Part shown: positions 1 to 9,789 of the stretch, one piece after another
How the letters are laid out: each line of letters begins with the position of its first letter
How positions within the stretch are numbered: position 1 is the first letter of the stretch
Assembly (NCBI GenBank): GCA_016840035.1
Contig: JAEOTC010000055.1
Location: forward strand, 1-42,251
DNA length: 42,251 bases
Direction: 5' to 3'
From: Candidatus Hodarchaeota archaeon
Lineage (GTDB): Archaea > Asgardarchaeota > Heimdallarchaeia > Hodarchaeales > Hodarchaeaceae
Made by a program: the position numbers and the translations under genes
Notes under the pieces: model-generated
Seen by the model: only the letters and a program-made list of their open reading frames with translations
Database searches by the model: none
Told to the model about the DNA's origin: nothing

Positions 1-245
1 AAAATCATACTCTTAGTTAGTTGCAACTTTTGACCTAAGTAATCAATTTCTGCTTTATAAACAGGATGATTGAGTGGATCTGTAATAGGAGACAGGATAA
101 CTGGCATAAGCTGAAGAAGGCCGTATTGATACAAAAAATCATGAATTGATTTCAGGATTACACTTTGAAACTTCAAAGTTATCGCTAAATCGTCACTGAT
201 AGAAAAACCTGATACTTTGGTACCATAAGCAGACTTTAGGGTCAT
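1..245 (-). CDS. asnA: Archaeal-type asparagine synthetase A (AsnRS/AspRS-derived), 5' part; runs off the left edge
   Basis: Not in the ORF track. Manual translation from ATG at 245 (GGTGA RBS at 251-255, minus strand) gives MTLKSAYG...FQSVILKSIHDFLYQYGLLQLMPVILSPITDPLNHPVYKAEIDYLGQKLQLTKSMI. The PVIxSPITDPL and LTxSMI motifs match the Pyrococcus-type archaeal asparagine synthetase. Confidence 0.85.
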   Translation of the reverse strand, partial: MTLKSAYGTKVSGFSISDDLAITLKFQSVILKSIHDFLYQYGLLQLMPVILSPITDPLNHPVYKAEIDYLGQKLQLTKSMI

Positions 246-376
246 TGGATTCACCGAATGATTGTGTTTTACATTCTTTCCATAATTTACCCTTTAATAT
301 AATAATATCGATTCAAAAGAGAATAAATTTTCCAAATTTAGCAAAATTTATATGTCGAATGAATTGAGGTACCCAT

Positions 377-847
377 ATGGTAAGAGACAAACAAATTCGG
401 GAGCTTGATGATAAGGACAAAAAAATTCTGGAACTTCTCAATGATAATTCCCGTCTGAATACTAACGAAATCTACAAACAAACGCAAATTCCGCAAACTA
501 CAGTATATAATCGAATCAAAAAACTTGAAATAGATGGTGTTATAGAAAAATTTACCATAAAAATAAATAAAAAGATTATTGGATTAGGGTTATCAGCTTA
601 TATTTTCTGTACGATATCTTATCGAACTTCAACGGGCGAGAAAATTAGTCAACCTAAAGTAGCACGAGAAATCAAAGCTCTTCCTGAAGTAGATGAGGTA
701 GCTATTGTGACAGGGGAAACCGATTTGATAATAAAAGTAACAGTAACCGATGTGGAAGAACTAAACTCCTTTGTGGTAAAGAAGCTCCGTGATATTGAAG
801 GTGTTGAAAAAACAGTGACAAGTGTTGTATTGTCTGAAATCGGGTGA
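377..847 (+). CDS. Lrp/AsnC family transcriptional regulator
   Basis: N-terminal HTH (LDDKDKKILELL...TTVYNRIKKLEIDGVI) and C-terminal RAM domain (IVTGETDLIIKV...LRDIEGVEKTVT). GAGGT RBS upstream. Divergent from asnA. Confidence 0.95.
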   Translation: MVRDKQIRELDDKDKKILELLNDNSRLNTNEIYKQTQIPQTTVYNRIKKLEIDGVIEKFTIKINKKIIGLGLSAYIFCTISYRTSTGEKISQPKVAREIKALPEVDEVAIVTGETDLIIKVTVTDVEELNSFVVKKLRDIEGVEKTVTSVVLSEIG

Positions 848-940
848 TGTGTATTCCCCATTCAGGTAGGAGACTTCAACTCTGTTTGTTTTAATCCATA
901 AAACTCTATCATTTATCACGTTAAGGTTAAATCATCTGGG

Positions 941-1510
941 ATGATTACATCATTCCTCATGTTTCTAGAAACAAATCGACTTAAAATTCGAAGATTTACT
1001 CCAGATGATTGGCTGCTACTATATGTATTAGTAATGAAGTGGGAGGAATCAGATTATGCAAAGTATGATCATGGTCCCTGGCCTGAAAACGAAGAAAAGT
1101 ACAAGGATATTACGAACGACCTTTCTAAAAGTGAAATCCTTCTTGCAGTCACCCTGAAACAGAATGATGTATTTATTGGATTCGTTGCTAAACCATTCAA
1201 GGAAGAAGGTGAATATGGACTTGGATTTAATTTTCATCCTGATTTCCACAGACAGGGTTATGCTTTCGAAGCATGTAGTGCTGTGGTTGCGTACATCTTC
1301 GAAAACTTAGGGGCTAAGAAAATAACTGATGGAACTGCTCTTCTTAATAAACCTGCATATAACTTATTAAAAAAATTGGGTTTCAAATCAGGGAATCACA
1401 AACAAATTTCCTTTAGAAAGGATAAGAATGGCGATCCAATCGAATTTACCGGTGTAGACTTTTCTCTGACAAGTGAAGATTATTTCAAGCATGCTTCTAA
1501 AGGTTCATAG
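941..1510 (+). CDS. GNAT family N-acetyltransferase (RimJ/RimL type)
   Basis: LETNRLKIRRF N-terminus, acetyl-CoA motif FHRQGYAFEA, and NKPAYNLLKKLGF. The start may be the ATG at 959. Confidence 0.9.
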   Translation: MITSFLMFLETNRLKIRRFTPDDWLLLYVLVMKWEESDYAKYDHGPWPENEEKYKDITNDLSKSEILLAVTLKQNDVFIGFVAKPFKEEGEYGLGFNFHPDFHRQGYAFEACSAVVAYIFENLGAKKITDGTALLNKPAYNLLKKLGFKSGNHKQISFRKDKNGDPIEFTGVDFSLTSEDYFKHASKGS

Positions 1511-1694
1511 CTATAAGCTTTCTTTTTCGTAAAATGAAAGTGAGGGGTGTGAAACTCACAATTATTCCATTTAATTCAAACACGAATTTCAAATCTCTCT
1601 TACTCAGAAGAACTCTTTAAATAGAATAATAAGATAACTTGTTAGACTATCTCTAATTAATGCATTCACTCAATCTAAACAGAGAATAATCACA

Positions 1695-4307
1695 ATGTCA
1701 ATCTTTGATCAATTAGGTCGATTTATTACTTCTTCTTTCACATTCAGAGGAAAAACTCTTAGAACAGCTTGGATTATTATTCTCATTTGGCTTATTATCT
1801 TTGTACCGATTACTGGATTCTTTTCGTCGAGGGTAATGGAAACGATGAGTACTGAATGGAGCTTTGTACCTGCTGGATCAGAATCTGATCAAGCTCTTAG
1901 TTTACTAGAGAGTGAGTTTCCTCCTTCTAATGAATCCCTTCTTATTGTTCTCCAATCAGAGACAGGTTATTCATTTGATGCAGAGCTGTTCAACAGTACG
2001 ATTCAATCTTCCAATAAAACAATGAACGATTTGATCAATGCTACCATTCAAGCTGCTGATGTAAATTTCCTTTATGGACTCCTACTTAGCTTTCACATCA
2101 ATGAATCGATCTATGAATATGAGATCAGCAGCTTTGATAAAATGATATCTCCCTTCATTTTGTTTCCAGGTTTAATCATGAGCTATCCGAATCAATCACA
2201 TATTTGGACGGATTTTTGGAATCAAATGTTCCTTGCAGACGACACAGTTTCGTTAATTATGGTTGAATTAGAAATCTCAAGTTCTGGGTTTTCAGCTCTC
2301 GGTGCTGGAGAGCAAGAAGAATTATTCGATTTTCTGATAGAATTAAGAGATTATATAGACGGTGGTATTAATTCTGAACTTCTACTTCTTGGTTTGACAA
2401 TGGAGTTAGGGATAATTAGATCTAATTCCGAAGCAAAAGTAACAGGCTCTCTAGCAATTTCATATGACAGTCTTATATCATCCGAACATGACAGAGAACG
2501 AATGGATATATTAACAATCGTTTTAGTCATAATTTTATTGCTTATAATTTTCCGATCATTAATCGCTCCACTAGTTCCTTTAATTTCAATGGCTCCAGCA
2601 CTTCTTCTAGCAAACTCGATATTATTCTTCTTAGGACAATATATTAAAATTGGTTCTTTTGCTCCGGTAATGGTAACTGTATTAGGACTAGGTGTGGGAG
2701 TAGATTATACCATTTTCATTCTAACTCGGTTTCTTGATGAGTTAAAGGAAGGAAAAACAAAAGAAGAGGCAGTCCTCATCTCTATGAGTATGAGTGGAAG
2801 GGCGATTTTATCTTCAGGATTGGTTGTTATCACTGGTTTTGGTGCATTACTTATTCCAAATCTTGAATTAATCCAAAGTATAGGTCTAGGTGTCATAATA
2901 GCAATTGGTTGTGGATTAGTTACCTCTTTTACGTTACTTCCCTCATTACTCTATGTCTTTGGAACAAATATTACTTGGCCACGGAAATTTCAGACTTCAA
3001 AGGAGATTAATCAAGCTAATAGGGCAAAAAATCGAGATATTTGGGGGATATTCGCAAGATTCTCCATTCGGTTTGCCTGGCCCATTATCATTTTTGCCAT
3101 CATAATTACAGTCCCGTTTTTATTATTAATCGCCTCCTATCAACCTTCCTATGATATTCTCTCAATGCTTCCTCCCAATGTAGATAGTAGTGAGGGATTT
3201 AAGATTTTGGAAGAATTAGGAATGAGTAGTGAACTATATGGAAATACTTTGATATTATCAGGGTTTACTGATTCTGAAGAATTATGGGTGAATAAAACAT
3301 TATATGCAGTGGAAAGATTAGTTACATGGTTACATACAGCTGAGGGTATATCTAGTGTTGAAACTATAACTCGGCCCTCACTAGGGTTAATTACATTAAA
3401 CATGGTCGATTTAGTGGGGAATTTACAAAACTCCAGTTCTCCAGAATTATCAATCACAGCATTTAAAGCAGTTTTACCCAGCGGTATCAACTTTGCAGAT
3501 ATTATGGTAAAATATGTGAATTGGTTCCAAGCAAACAATACTCTCCTTATTAAATTGATTTTCGATAACAATCCTATGGGAGCTGAAGCTATGAGTGTTT
3601 TAAGATTTCTAAGAGATGAAACAAAGGATCTATATAGATTTGATTTGCCAGCGAATGTTCAAGGCTTAATTTATGGAGGAACTTCGGTAAATGTGGATAT
3701 GTCAAATGAAATATATTCTGCATTTCCACTAATGGTTCTTTGGATAATGATAACAATCTTAATTATACTTACAATCTTTCTTGGATCTTTGACTGTGCCT
3801 ATCAGGCTAATAATTACAATTGCTACATCTGTGACTTGGACCCTAGGATTCTTAGTCTTAATGTTTCAATTTAACCTTGAAGAACTTACATTGGCACTTA
3901 TTAATCCAAACATCAATACAGAGGCGGGACTTTATTGGATCATTCCCCCAATTCTGTTCTGTATTCTCTTTGCATTAGGAATGGACTACGATATTTTTAT
4001 TACTTCACGAATTCGGGAAGAATATCTAAAAGGTAAATCAAATCATCAGGCAATTGAGAATGGATTGGTACATACAGCCTCAGTTGTTACAACCTGTGCA
4101 CTGATAATGGCAGGAGCTTTTTTTGCCTTATGGTTTTCTTTGATATTAATTCTGACAGAAATCGGCCTTGGTATGGTATTTGCTGTAATTATTGATGCTA
4201 CGATTGTAAGAGTATTTCTTGTTCCATCAGCAATGGCCATCATGGGTGATAAGTATAATTGGTGGCCAGAATGGATTAATAGGAGATTTGGAAAATTTAC
4301 TCACTGA
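1695..4307 (+). CDS. MMPL/RND family membrane transporter
   Basis: Two repeats of 1 TM + large loop + 5 TM, with GVGVDYTIF and ALGMDYDIF motifs. C-terminal DATIVRVFLVPSAMAIMGDKYNWWP is typical of MMPL proteins. Confidence 0.93.
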   Translation: MSIFDQLGRFITSSFTFRGKTLRTAWIIILIWLIIFVPITGFFSSRVMETMSTEWSFVPAGSESDQALSLLESEFPPSNESLLIVLQSETGYSFDAELFNSTIQSSNKTMNDLINATIQAADVNFLYGLLLSFHINESIYEYEISSFDKMISPFILFPGLIMSYPNQSHIWTDFWNQMFLADDTVSLIMVELEISSSGFSALGAGEQEELFDFLIELRDYIDGGINSELLLLGLTMELGIIRSNSEAKVTGSLAISYDSLISSEHDRERMDILTIVLVIILLLIIFRSLIAPLVPLISMAPALLLANSILFFLGQYIKIGSFAPVMVTVLGLGVGVDYTIFILTRFLDELKEGKTKEEAVLISMSMSGRAILSSGLVVITGFGALLIPNLELIQSIGLGVIIAIGCGLVTSFTLLPSLLYVFGTNITWPRKFQTSKEINQANRAKNRDIWGIFARFSIRFAWPIIIFAIIITVPFLLLIASYQPSYDILSMLPPNVDSSEGFKILEELGMSSELYGNTLILSGFTDSEELWVNKTLYAVERLVTWLHTAEGISSVETITRPSLGLITLNMVDLVGNLQNSSSPELSITAFKAVLPSGINFADIMVKYVNWFQANNTLLIKLIFDNNPMGAEAMSVLRFLRDETKDLYRFDLPANVQGLIYGGTSVNVDMSNEIYSAFPLMVLWIMITILIILTIFLGSLTVPIRLIITIATSVTWTLGFLVLMFQFNLEELTLALINPNINTEAGLYWIIPPILFCILFALGMDYDIFITSRIREEYLKGKSNHQAIENGLVHTASVVTTCALIMAGAFFALWFSLILILTEIGLGMVFAVIIDATIVRVFLVPSAMAIMGDKYNWWPEWINRRFGKFTH

Positions 4308-4350
4308 GAGACATATTATATCTAACCAAGAAGGATTATTTCGGGAGCTC

Positions 4351-5307
4351 CTACCAGTAATCATCAGAAGCCGTATAATCATCAATGTTATACTCCCTTG
4401 ATCTCATAAGAGCGATATTCAGCCCACAATGTAAACAAGACTCGTCTTCTAAGCTGAAAAAAGTACCACATTGCTTACACCTCATATTTTCTTTAGGAAT
4501 CGTCTTAAATATCCAGATAACGAAGAGTATAAACAAAATGACTGAAGCTAATAACAAAAGCCCAGCAAGCTGATATACCATCTCTTTGAGATCACCAGTC
4601 AGGATATTTTGAAAAATCAAGGGAACTAGAATGCCAATTAGGAATAATAGAATAATAAGTCCAAATCGAAATAGGACCTGTTTGATAAAACTTATTGGTG
4701 GATAGCGTACCTCATCAAGAGCTTTAAGGTGCGTATAAGGGATTTTTCGTTCTTCGAGTGCAGTGAGATCAATGATATCTTTTTTGTAGGTCTGGGATAA
4801 GTATTTTACTGTATCAATTGATTGTTGGTTTCCTGCATGTAAAATCTGTTCTTTCCCATCAAAATCGAAATAACCACAATAAAGATGGTATAATGGTGCT
4901 GGTGGACCTTCAGTTGTTTGGATAAAATGGATTTTTCGACTTAAAACAAACTTATCGATGGAATTGACCTCAAATTTTATACTTTTACCTTTGAACTTTC
5001 CATACAATGAACTTAACCCGAAATGACGGGAAATTATGCCTAATTCTGGATCGATGATTAGTTTATCTGGAGTTCTAGCCATTCTAAACATTACTAGAAT
5101 AACAAGAATTCCAATAAGTGTTAAAACTCCGCCGAATAAACCAGGAATACTAAGTATTGCTACACTCTCTAAAAATATTGCAATAAGTAAGAAAATACCT
5201 AATATAAGACAGGGAAGAGCAATTCCTAGAAGAAGAATTGCTGCTGCGGTTGTAAAGGGATATTCCAGTATAATCTGTTGATTTTCGTGTTTCACTTTCA
5301 AATACAA
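4351..5307 (-). CDS. Hypothetical membrane protein (2 TM, soluble beta-rich domain, 2 TM, C-terminal zinc ribbon)
   Basis: 318-aa ORF with four hydrophobic helices and C-terminal CKQC...CLHC. TTG start. Confidence 0.7.
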   Translation of the reverse strand: MYLKVKHENQQIILEYPFTTAAAILLLGIALPCLILGIFLLIAIFLESVAILSIPGLFGGVLTLIGILVILVMFRMARTPDKLIIDPELGIISRHFGLSSLYGKFKGKSIKFEVNSIDKFVLSRKIHFIQTTEGPPAPLYHLYCGYFDFDGKEQILHAGNQQSIDTVKYLSQTYKKDIIDLTALEERKIPYTHLKALDEVRYPPISFIKQVLFRFGLIILLFLIGILVPLIFQNILTGDLKEMVYQLAGLLLLASVILFILFVIWIFKTIPKENMRCKQCGTFFSLEDESCLHCGLNIALMRSREYNIDDYTASDDYW

Positions 5308-5546
5308 AACCCCAAACGTTGGTCTTATTTTACGTGAATTCTTGAGATATAAATCTTTACATCGGATTATTTTCCGTCCTACGCTATTTTTTCAAGAAAT
5401 CAATCCGTATATGAAAGAATGTTCTAGAGCTGATAACTAGAATTAAAGAATTCAGTACTCCGATTCACACAAAAAGGATTTAATTTCCTCAGTATTTCCG
5501 TCTGACTAAAGCGTATCTTTTCTAATCAACTAGGAAAGGAAGTAAA

Positions 5547-6830
5547 ATGGCACAAAAGAGCATATATGAATTTTCTGCTAAAAAACTGCTTATGACAGAA
5601 TTGCCGAAGTATTTCCCATCGTATAATTACCATGGGAAACTTGCTGTTATAACTCCCGAAACGGACTGGGATAAATTGGTTGCTGAACATCCTTGGCTCA
5701 ATACGGACAAGCTTGCTGCAAAACCAGACCAACTTTTCGGTAAGCGAGGAAAGGCCAATCTATTATTACTAGATGCCGATCTTAATGGATTGAAAGCATT
5801 CATTACTGAAAGAATGAACAAAAAGATCGAGCTCGGTGGTATTAAAGGTACTCTTACTCGCTTCCTCGTTGAACCGTTTGTACCTCATGAGAAAGAGTTC
5901 TATGTCTCAATCACTTCTGATATGGGCAATGACACTGTTCATTTCTCCTTTGAGGGCGGAATCTTTGTGGAAGAAAACTGGGACAAAGTAACCCATGTAC
6001 CAGTTCCTATAGGAACTGATATTGATTCCTTTGATCTGGCAAGCAAACTACCTGATCTTGGTGACTTAAAAGACACCCTAGTACCCTTTATTAAAGGTGT
6101 ATTAAAAGTTTATATTGATCAAGATTTTGCTTTTCTCGAAATTAATCCCTTTGCTGTAACTGCGGATAAAACCGTGGTTCCTCTCGATCTAAAAGCGAAA
6201 TTAGATGACACAGCTAGCTTTCAACATCTTGATTCATGGGGTAATCCAGACAATCCGATCCAATTCCCCCGAGCATTTGGTCAAGTTCTTTCCAAAGAGG
6301 AACAATTCATTGCCGATCTCGATGAAAAGACGGGCGCATCATTAAAATTTACAATACTAAATAGAGATGCCCGTGTATGGACCATGGTTGCTGGTGGTGG
6401 TGGTTCAGTTGTGTATACAGACACAATTGCTGATATGGGTTTTGCCAAGGACCTGGGAAACTATGGGGAATATTCTGGCAACCCTAATAGAGAACATACT
6501 GAGCTTTATGCACAAACAGTAATTGATGTACTTACAGAACGACCTGATCCTCAAGGTAGACCAAAGGTTCTTCTTATTGGTGGCGGTATTGCTAACTTTA
6601 CAGATGTTAAAGCTACCTTTTTGGGCATAGTAGCGGCCTTACGTAAATCAGCTGATAAGCTCAAAGCAGCAAATGTCAAGATTTATGTTCGAAGAGGTGG
6701 TCCTAACGAAAAAGAAGGATTAAAACTGATGGAAGATGTTGGTAAGGAGATTGGAGTACCAATCGAAGTGTACGATCGTTATACACATATGACGCGCATC
6801 GTTCCATTATCACTCAAAGGAGATAGCTAA
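5547..6830 (+). CDS. aclB: ATP-citrate lyase, ATP-grasp/citrate-binding subunit
   Basis: KPDQLFGKRGK, EINP, AKLDDTA, WTMVAGGGGSVVYTD, NYGEYSGNP, IGGGIANFTDV and VRRGGPN are diagnostic ACL motifs. Confidence 0.95.
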   Translation: MAQKSIYEFSAKKLLMTELPKYFPSYNYHGKLAVITPETDWDKLVAEHPWLNTDKLAAKPDQLFGKRGKANLLLLDADLNGLKAFITERMNKKIELGGIKGTLTRFLVEPFVPHEKEFYVSITSDMGNDTVHFSFEGGIFVEENWDKVTHVPVPIGTDIDSFDLASKLPDLGDLKDTLVPFIKGVLKVYIDQDFAFLEINPFAVTADKTVVPLDLKAKLDDTASFQHLDSWGNPDNPIQFPRAFGQVLSKEEQFIADLDEKTGASLKFTILNRDARVWTMVAGGGGSVVYTDTIADMGFAKDLGNYGEYSGNPNREHTELYAQTVIDVLTERPDPQGRPKVLLIGGGIANFTDVKATFLGIVAALRKSADKLKAANVKIYVRRGGPNEKEGLKLMEDVGKEIGVPIEVYDRYTHMTRIVPLSLKGDS

Positions 6831-6836
6831 AGGAGG
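6831..6836 (+). promoter_or_regulatory. Shine-Dalgarno site of aclA
   Basis: AGGAGG directly after the aclB stop codon, 7 nt before the aclA ATG at 6844. Confidence 0.75.
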
Positions 6837-6843
6837 ACTAGTA

Positions 6844-8685
6844 ATGACAAACGGATTATTTAATCGTAATACTAAAGCCATTATTTATGGTTTTCAAAGA
6901 AACGCCATTCAAAGAATGCTTGATTTTGATTTTGTATGTAAAAGAGATACACCCTCTGTAGCTGCAGTCATTCGACCCTCCCAAACCGGTGCTATCGGTT
7001 ACCACAAGGTTTTTTGGGGTGGTAAAGAGATTGTTATACCTATTTATCGGAAATTCGATCTTGCAGTTAAAAGACATCCTGATGCAGATGTTGTAATCAA
7101 CTTCTCATCCTTCAGAAGTGCTTATCCTACAACTATGGAAGCCCTGAAAGCAGACACTATTAAGACTGTTGCAGTTATTGCTGAAGGAATTCCCGAACGT
7201 AGAAGTCGTGAAATGAGAAAATTAGCCCAAGAGACAGGTAAAGTGATAATTGGACCAGCCACAGTTGGTGGAATCCAAGCTGGCGCTTTTAAAATTGGTA
7301 ATACAGCTGGAACTATCGAAAATGTTGTTCTTTCAAAGCTTTATCGACCTGGAAGTGTTGGTTTTGTATCCAAAAGTGGAGGTATGAGTAATGAAATGAA
7401 CTTCGCTATTGCGCAGAATTCTGATGGTGTCTATGAAGGGATAGCTATCGGTGGTGATCGATATGCAGGTTCAACATTACTTGAACATCTCCTTAGATAC
7501 GAAGCTAATCCCAAGATTAAGATGATGGTCTGTCTTGGAGAAGTTGGTGGTACTGGAGAGATCGATATTGTCAATGCCGTTAAAGATGGTCGAATCACAA
7601 AACCTTTAGTGATGTGGTGCATTGGTACTTCTGCTAAACTGCTTCCTGCAGGACTTCAATTTGGTCATGCTGGCGCAATGGCAGGTAGTGATATGGAAAC
7701 AGCCCATGCTAAGAACAAAGCCTTAAAAGATGTGGGTGTCATTGTTCCTGACTCGTACGACGACTTTGGTGACAAAATTAAGGAAACTTTTGAAAAGCTA
7801 AAAACTGAAGGTAAAATTGATCCCGTGGACGAATTTGAACCACCAAAACTCCCAATGGATTATGCTCAAGCTGCAAAGCTTGGTCTGGTTAGAAGACCAA
7901 CCAATGTGATCAGTACTATCTCTGATGAGCGAGGGGACGTGCCCATGTTTGGAGGAAGTCCTAAAGTTGGGCTTGATACCATTGTTGCTGAAAATAAATC
8001 CCTTGGTTATACTATTGGACTGCTTTGGTTTAAGAAAGAATTACCAAAATTCGCTCAAGATTATATTGAGATGGTTGTTAAGTTAACATCTGACCATGGT
8101 CCAGCAGTAAGCGGTGCTCATAATGCAATAATAACAGCTCGTGCTGGTAAAGATTTAATGTCTTCACTAGCCACTGGAATTCTCGCAATAGGTCCCCGCT
8201 TTGGTGGTGCCATTTCTGATGCAGCAAAGTATATAAAACTTGCACTGGATAAAAAGATGAATCCTCAAGAATTTGTAGACTACATGAAGAATGTAGTGGG
8301 TATTAATATTCCTGGAATTGGACATCGGATTAAATCAGTCCAGAATCCTGATGTTCGTGTTAAATTATTGAAGGAATTCGTCTTGAATAACTTTGAGAAG
8401 CATCCATTTTTGGATTACGCCCTTGAAGTAGAAAAGATCACCACTTCAAAACGAAATAATCTTATTCTTAATGTCGATGGTTGCATTGGTATCTGCTTCA
8501 TGGATCTACTAGAGAACCTAGACTTGTCTGAAGAAGAGAAAGCTGATGTGATCGCTACAGAAATGCTGAACGGATTCTTTGTTCTCGGTAGAAGCATTGG
8601 TATGATGGGTCATATCTTTGATCAAAAAAGACAAAGAGCAGCTTTGTACCGTCAACCCTGGGATGAAATTCTTTTCGCTGATTAG
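6844..8685 (+). CDS. aclA: ATP-citrate lyase, CoA-binding/phosphohistidine + citryl-CoA lyase subunit
   Basis: QRMLDFDF, IIGPATVGG, KLYRPGSV, SKSGGMSNE, phospho-His motif QFGHAGA, and citryl-CoA lyase domain DHGPAVSGAHN / IPGIGHRIKS / NLILNVDG / LYRQPWDEI. Confidence 0.96.
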   Translation: MTNGLFNRNTKAIIYGFQRNAIQRMLDFDFVCKRDTPSVAAVIRPSQTGAIGYHKVFWGGKEIVIPIYRKFDLAVKRHPDADVVINFSSFRSAYPTTMEALKADTIKTVAVIAEGIPERRSREMRKLAQETGKVIIGPATVGGIQAGAFKIGNTAGTIENVVLSKLYRPGSVGFVSKSGGMSNEMNFAIAQNSDGVYEGIAIGGDRYAGSTLLEHLLRYEANPKIKMMVCLGEVGGTGEIDIVNAVKDGRITKPLVMWCIGTSAKLLPAGLQFGHAGAMAGSDMETAHAKNKALKDVGVIVPDSYDDFGDKIKETFEKLKTEGKIDPVDEFEPPKLPMDYAQAAKLGLVRRPTNVISTISDERGDVPMFGGSPKVGLDTIVAENKSLGYTIGLLWFKKELPKFAQDYIEMVVKLTSDHGPAVSGAHNAIITARAGKDLMSSLATGILAIGPRFGGAISDAAKYIKLALDKKMNPQEFVDYMKNVVGINIPGIGHRIKSVQNPDVRVKLLKEFVLNNFEKHPFLDYALEVEKITTSKRNNLILNVDGCIGICFMDLLENLDLSEEEKADVIATEMLNGFFVLGRSIGMMGHIFDQKRQRAALYRQPWDEILFAD

Positions 8686-8687
8686 AA

Positions 8688-8711
8688 TTTCTTCCAACTT
8701 CTCTTTTTTCT
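8688..8711 (+). terminator. Pyrimidine/oligo-T archaeal terminator after aclA
   Basis: TTTCTTCCAACTTCTCTTTTTTCT immediately after the stop codon. Confidence 0.55.
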
Positions 8712-8888
8712 AAATTTGATGGTTAAACAAAGTCGGGCACATACAGGTGTATATATTCACCTAACGATAAATTCTGCAGTCGTTTCTTTCCTGCTACTTG
8801 ATCAATGACTTCTATCAGACCTGCTTTGTTGGCTACTTGAAATTATTAGCTAATCGAGTATTAATTTAGTTTTTGAAAGTTAATATAT

Positions 8889-9770
8889 TCAGGAGGCAAA
8901 AAGATCGTAAAATAATTGGATCATGGGAATCACATAACCCGTAACAAAGGCAAAAGCCATAATAAACGTGAGGGAGGCTAGTAGAAAACTTATAGCGGCA
9001 CCTGTTTGGGTTATAGCTCTGGTGAATATGAGAAAATGAATAAAAATTATAACGAATATTATCAATGTTGCAGTTGTAAGTATGTTACTAGCTTGAGAAT
9101 ATCCTCTGGAAGGTTGAAAGTAATTGATGTATAGGATCAAAGGAAGAATCACGAGATCTTTTACTATAAAAAGAGGTGCATAACTCCCCATTAATCTTAG
9201 AAAATGAAAATTACTAGTTTTTACTTGTAAGATTGAAGAGATTACATTCCCAAAGAATCCTATCGCGATTAAAATTGAACATTGAAAAATGGCACCTCCT
9301 ATATAAAGATCTGGTCGAAATGTAGCCCCTTTGGTAAATATCCAGTCAAGAAAATACGCAGATAACGCATAGGCGACACCAACAAGTACAATCAATACCA
9401 GTGCAACAAAAGAAAACGATTTACTATTCACAATACCTATTGTTGCTTCACGATTGAATTTTAAATTTGAAACTATGCGTTTTACGGTTACTTTTTCATC
9501 AGAAATTGCAAGCTCAATAGGAACGTGCTTTTCTGGTTTTTGTATTGTTGGAACGGTAATTGCTTCTTCTTGGATAATTGGTTTGATTTCTGAAACAGGA
9601 TACTGACAATAGGGACAATATTTTGGTTCGGGATCATCAATTGTATGATAGCATTGAGTACATCGAATGGGTTGAAACGTGGCTAGATTGCTTCCACAGC
9701 TGACACAAAAAAGCCAATGAGGTTTCAACTTGTACCCACAATTTTCACATAAAGTCTTAGTTTGCTCCAT
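8889..9770 (-). CDS. Double zinc-ribbon + Yip1-like five-TM membrane protein
   Basis: CENC/CVSC/CTQC/CPYC pairs followed by about 5 TM helices. ATG 9770 (MEQTK) is preferred over 9797 because a GGTGG RBS precedes it and it avoids overlap with the upstream gene. Confidence 0.7.
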   Translation of the reverse strand: MEQTKTLCENCGYKLKPHWLFCVSCGSNLATFQPIRCTQCYHTIDDPEPKYCPYCQYPVSEIKPIIQEEAITVPTIQKPEKHVPIELAISDEKVTVKRIVSNLKFNREATIGIVNSKSFSFVALVLIVLVGVAYALSAYFLDWIFTKGATFRPDLYIGGAIFQCSILIAIGFFGNVISSILQVKTSNFHFLRLMGSYAPLFIVKDLVILPLILYINYFQPSRGYSQASNILTTATLIIFVIIFIHFLIFTRAITQTGAAISFLLASLTFIMAFAFVTGYVIPMIQLFYDLFAS

Positions 9771-9789
9771 TTTTCTTCCACCGAGATAC

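Noticed and set aside
4318-4340. AAGAAGGATTATT shared with 24043-24055, both just after stop codons
   Set aside because: There are only two copies of an AT-rich 13-mer, which is compatible with chance in 42 kb, and no element structure surrounds them.
8740-8870. Possible SECIS or other structured RNA after aclA (AGGTG/CACCT hairpin, ATGA...GA)
   Set aside because: The flanking genes need no UGA readthrough, and the stems are short and expected by chance.
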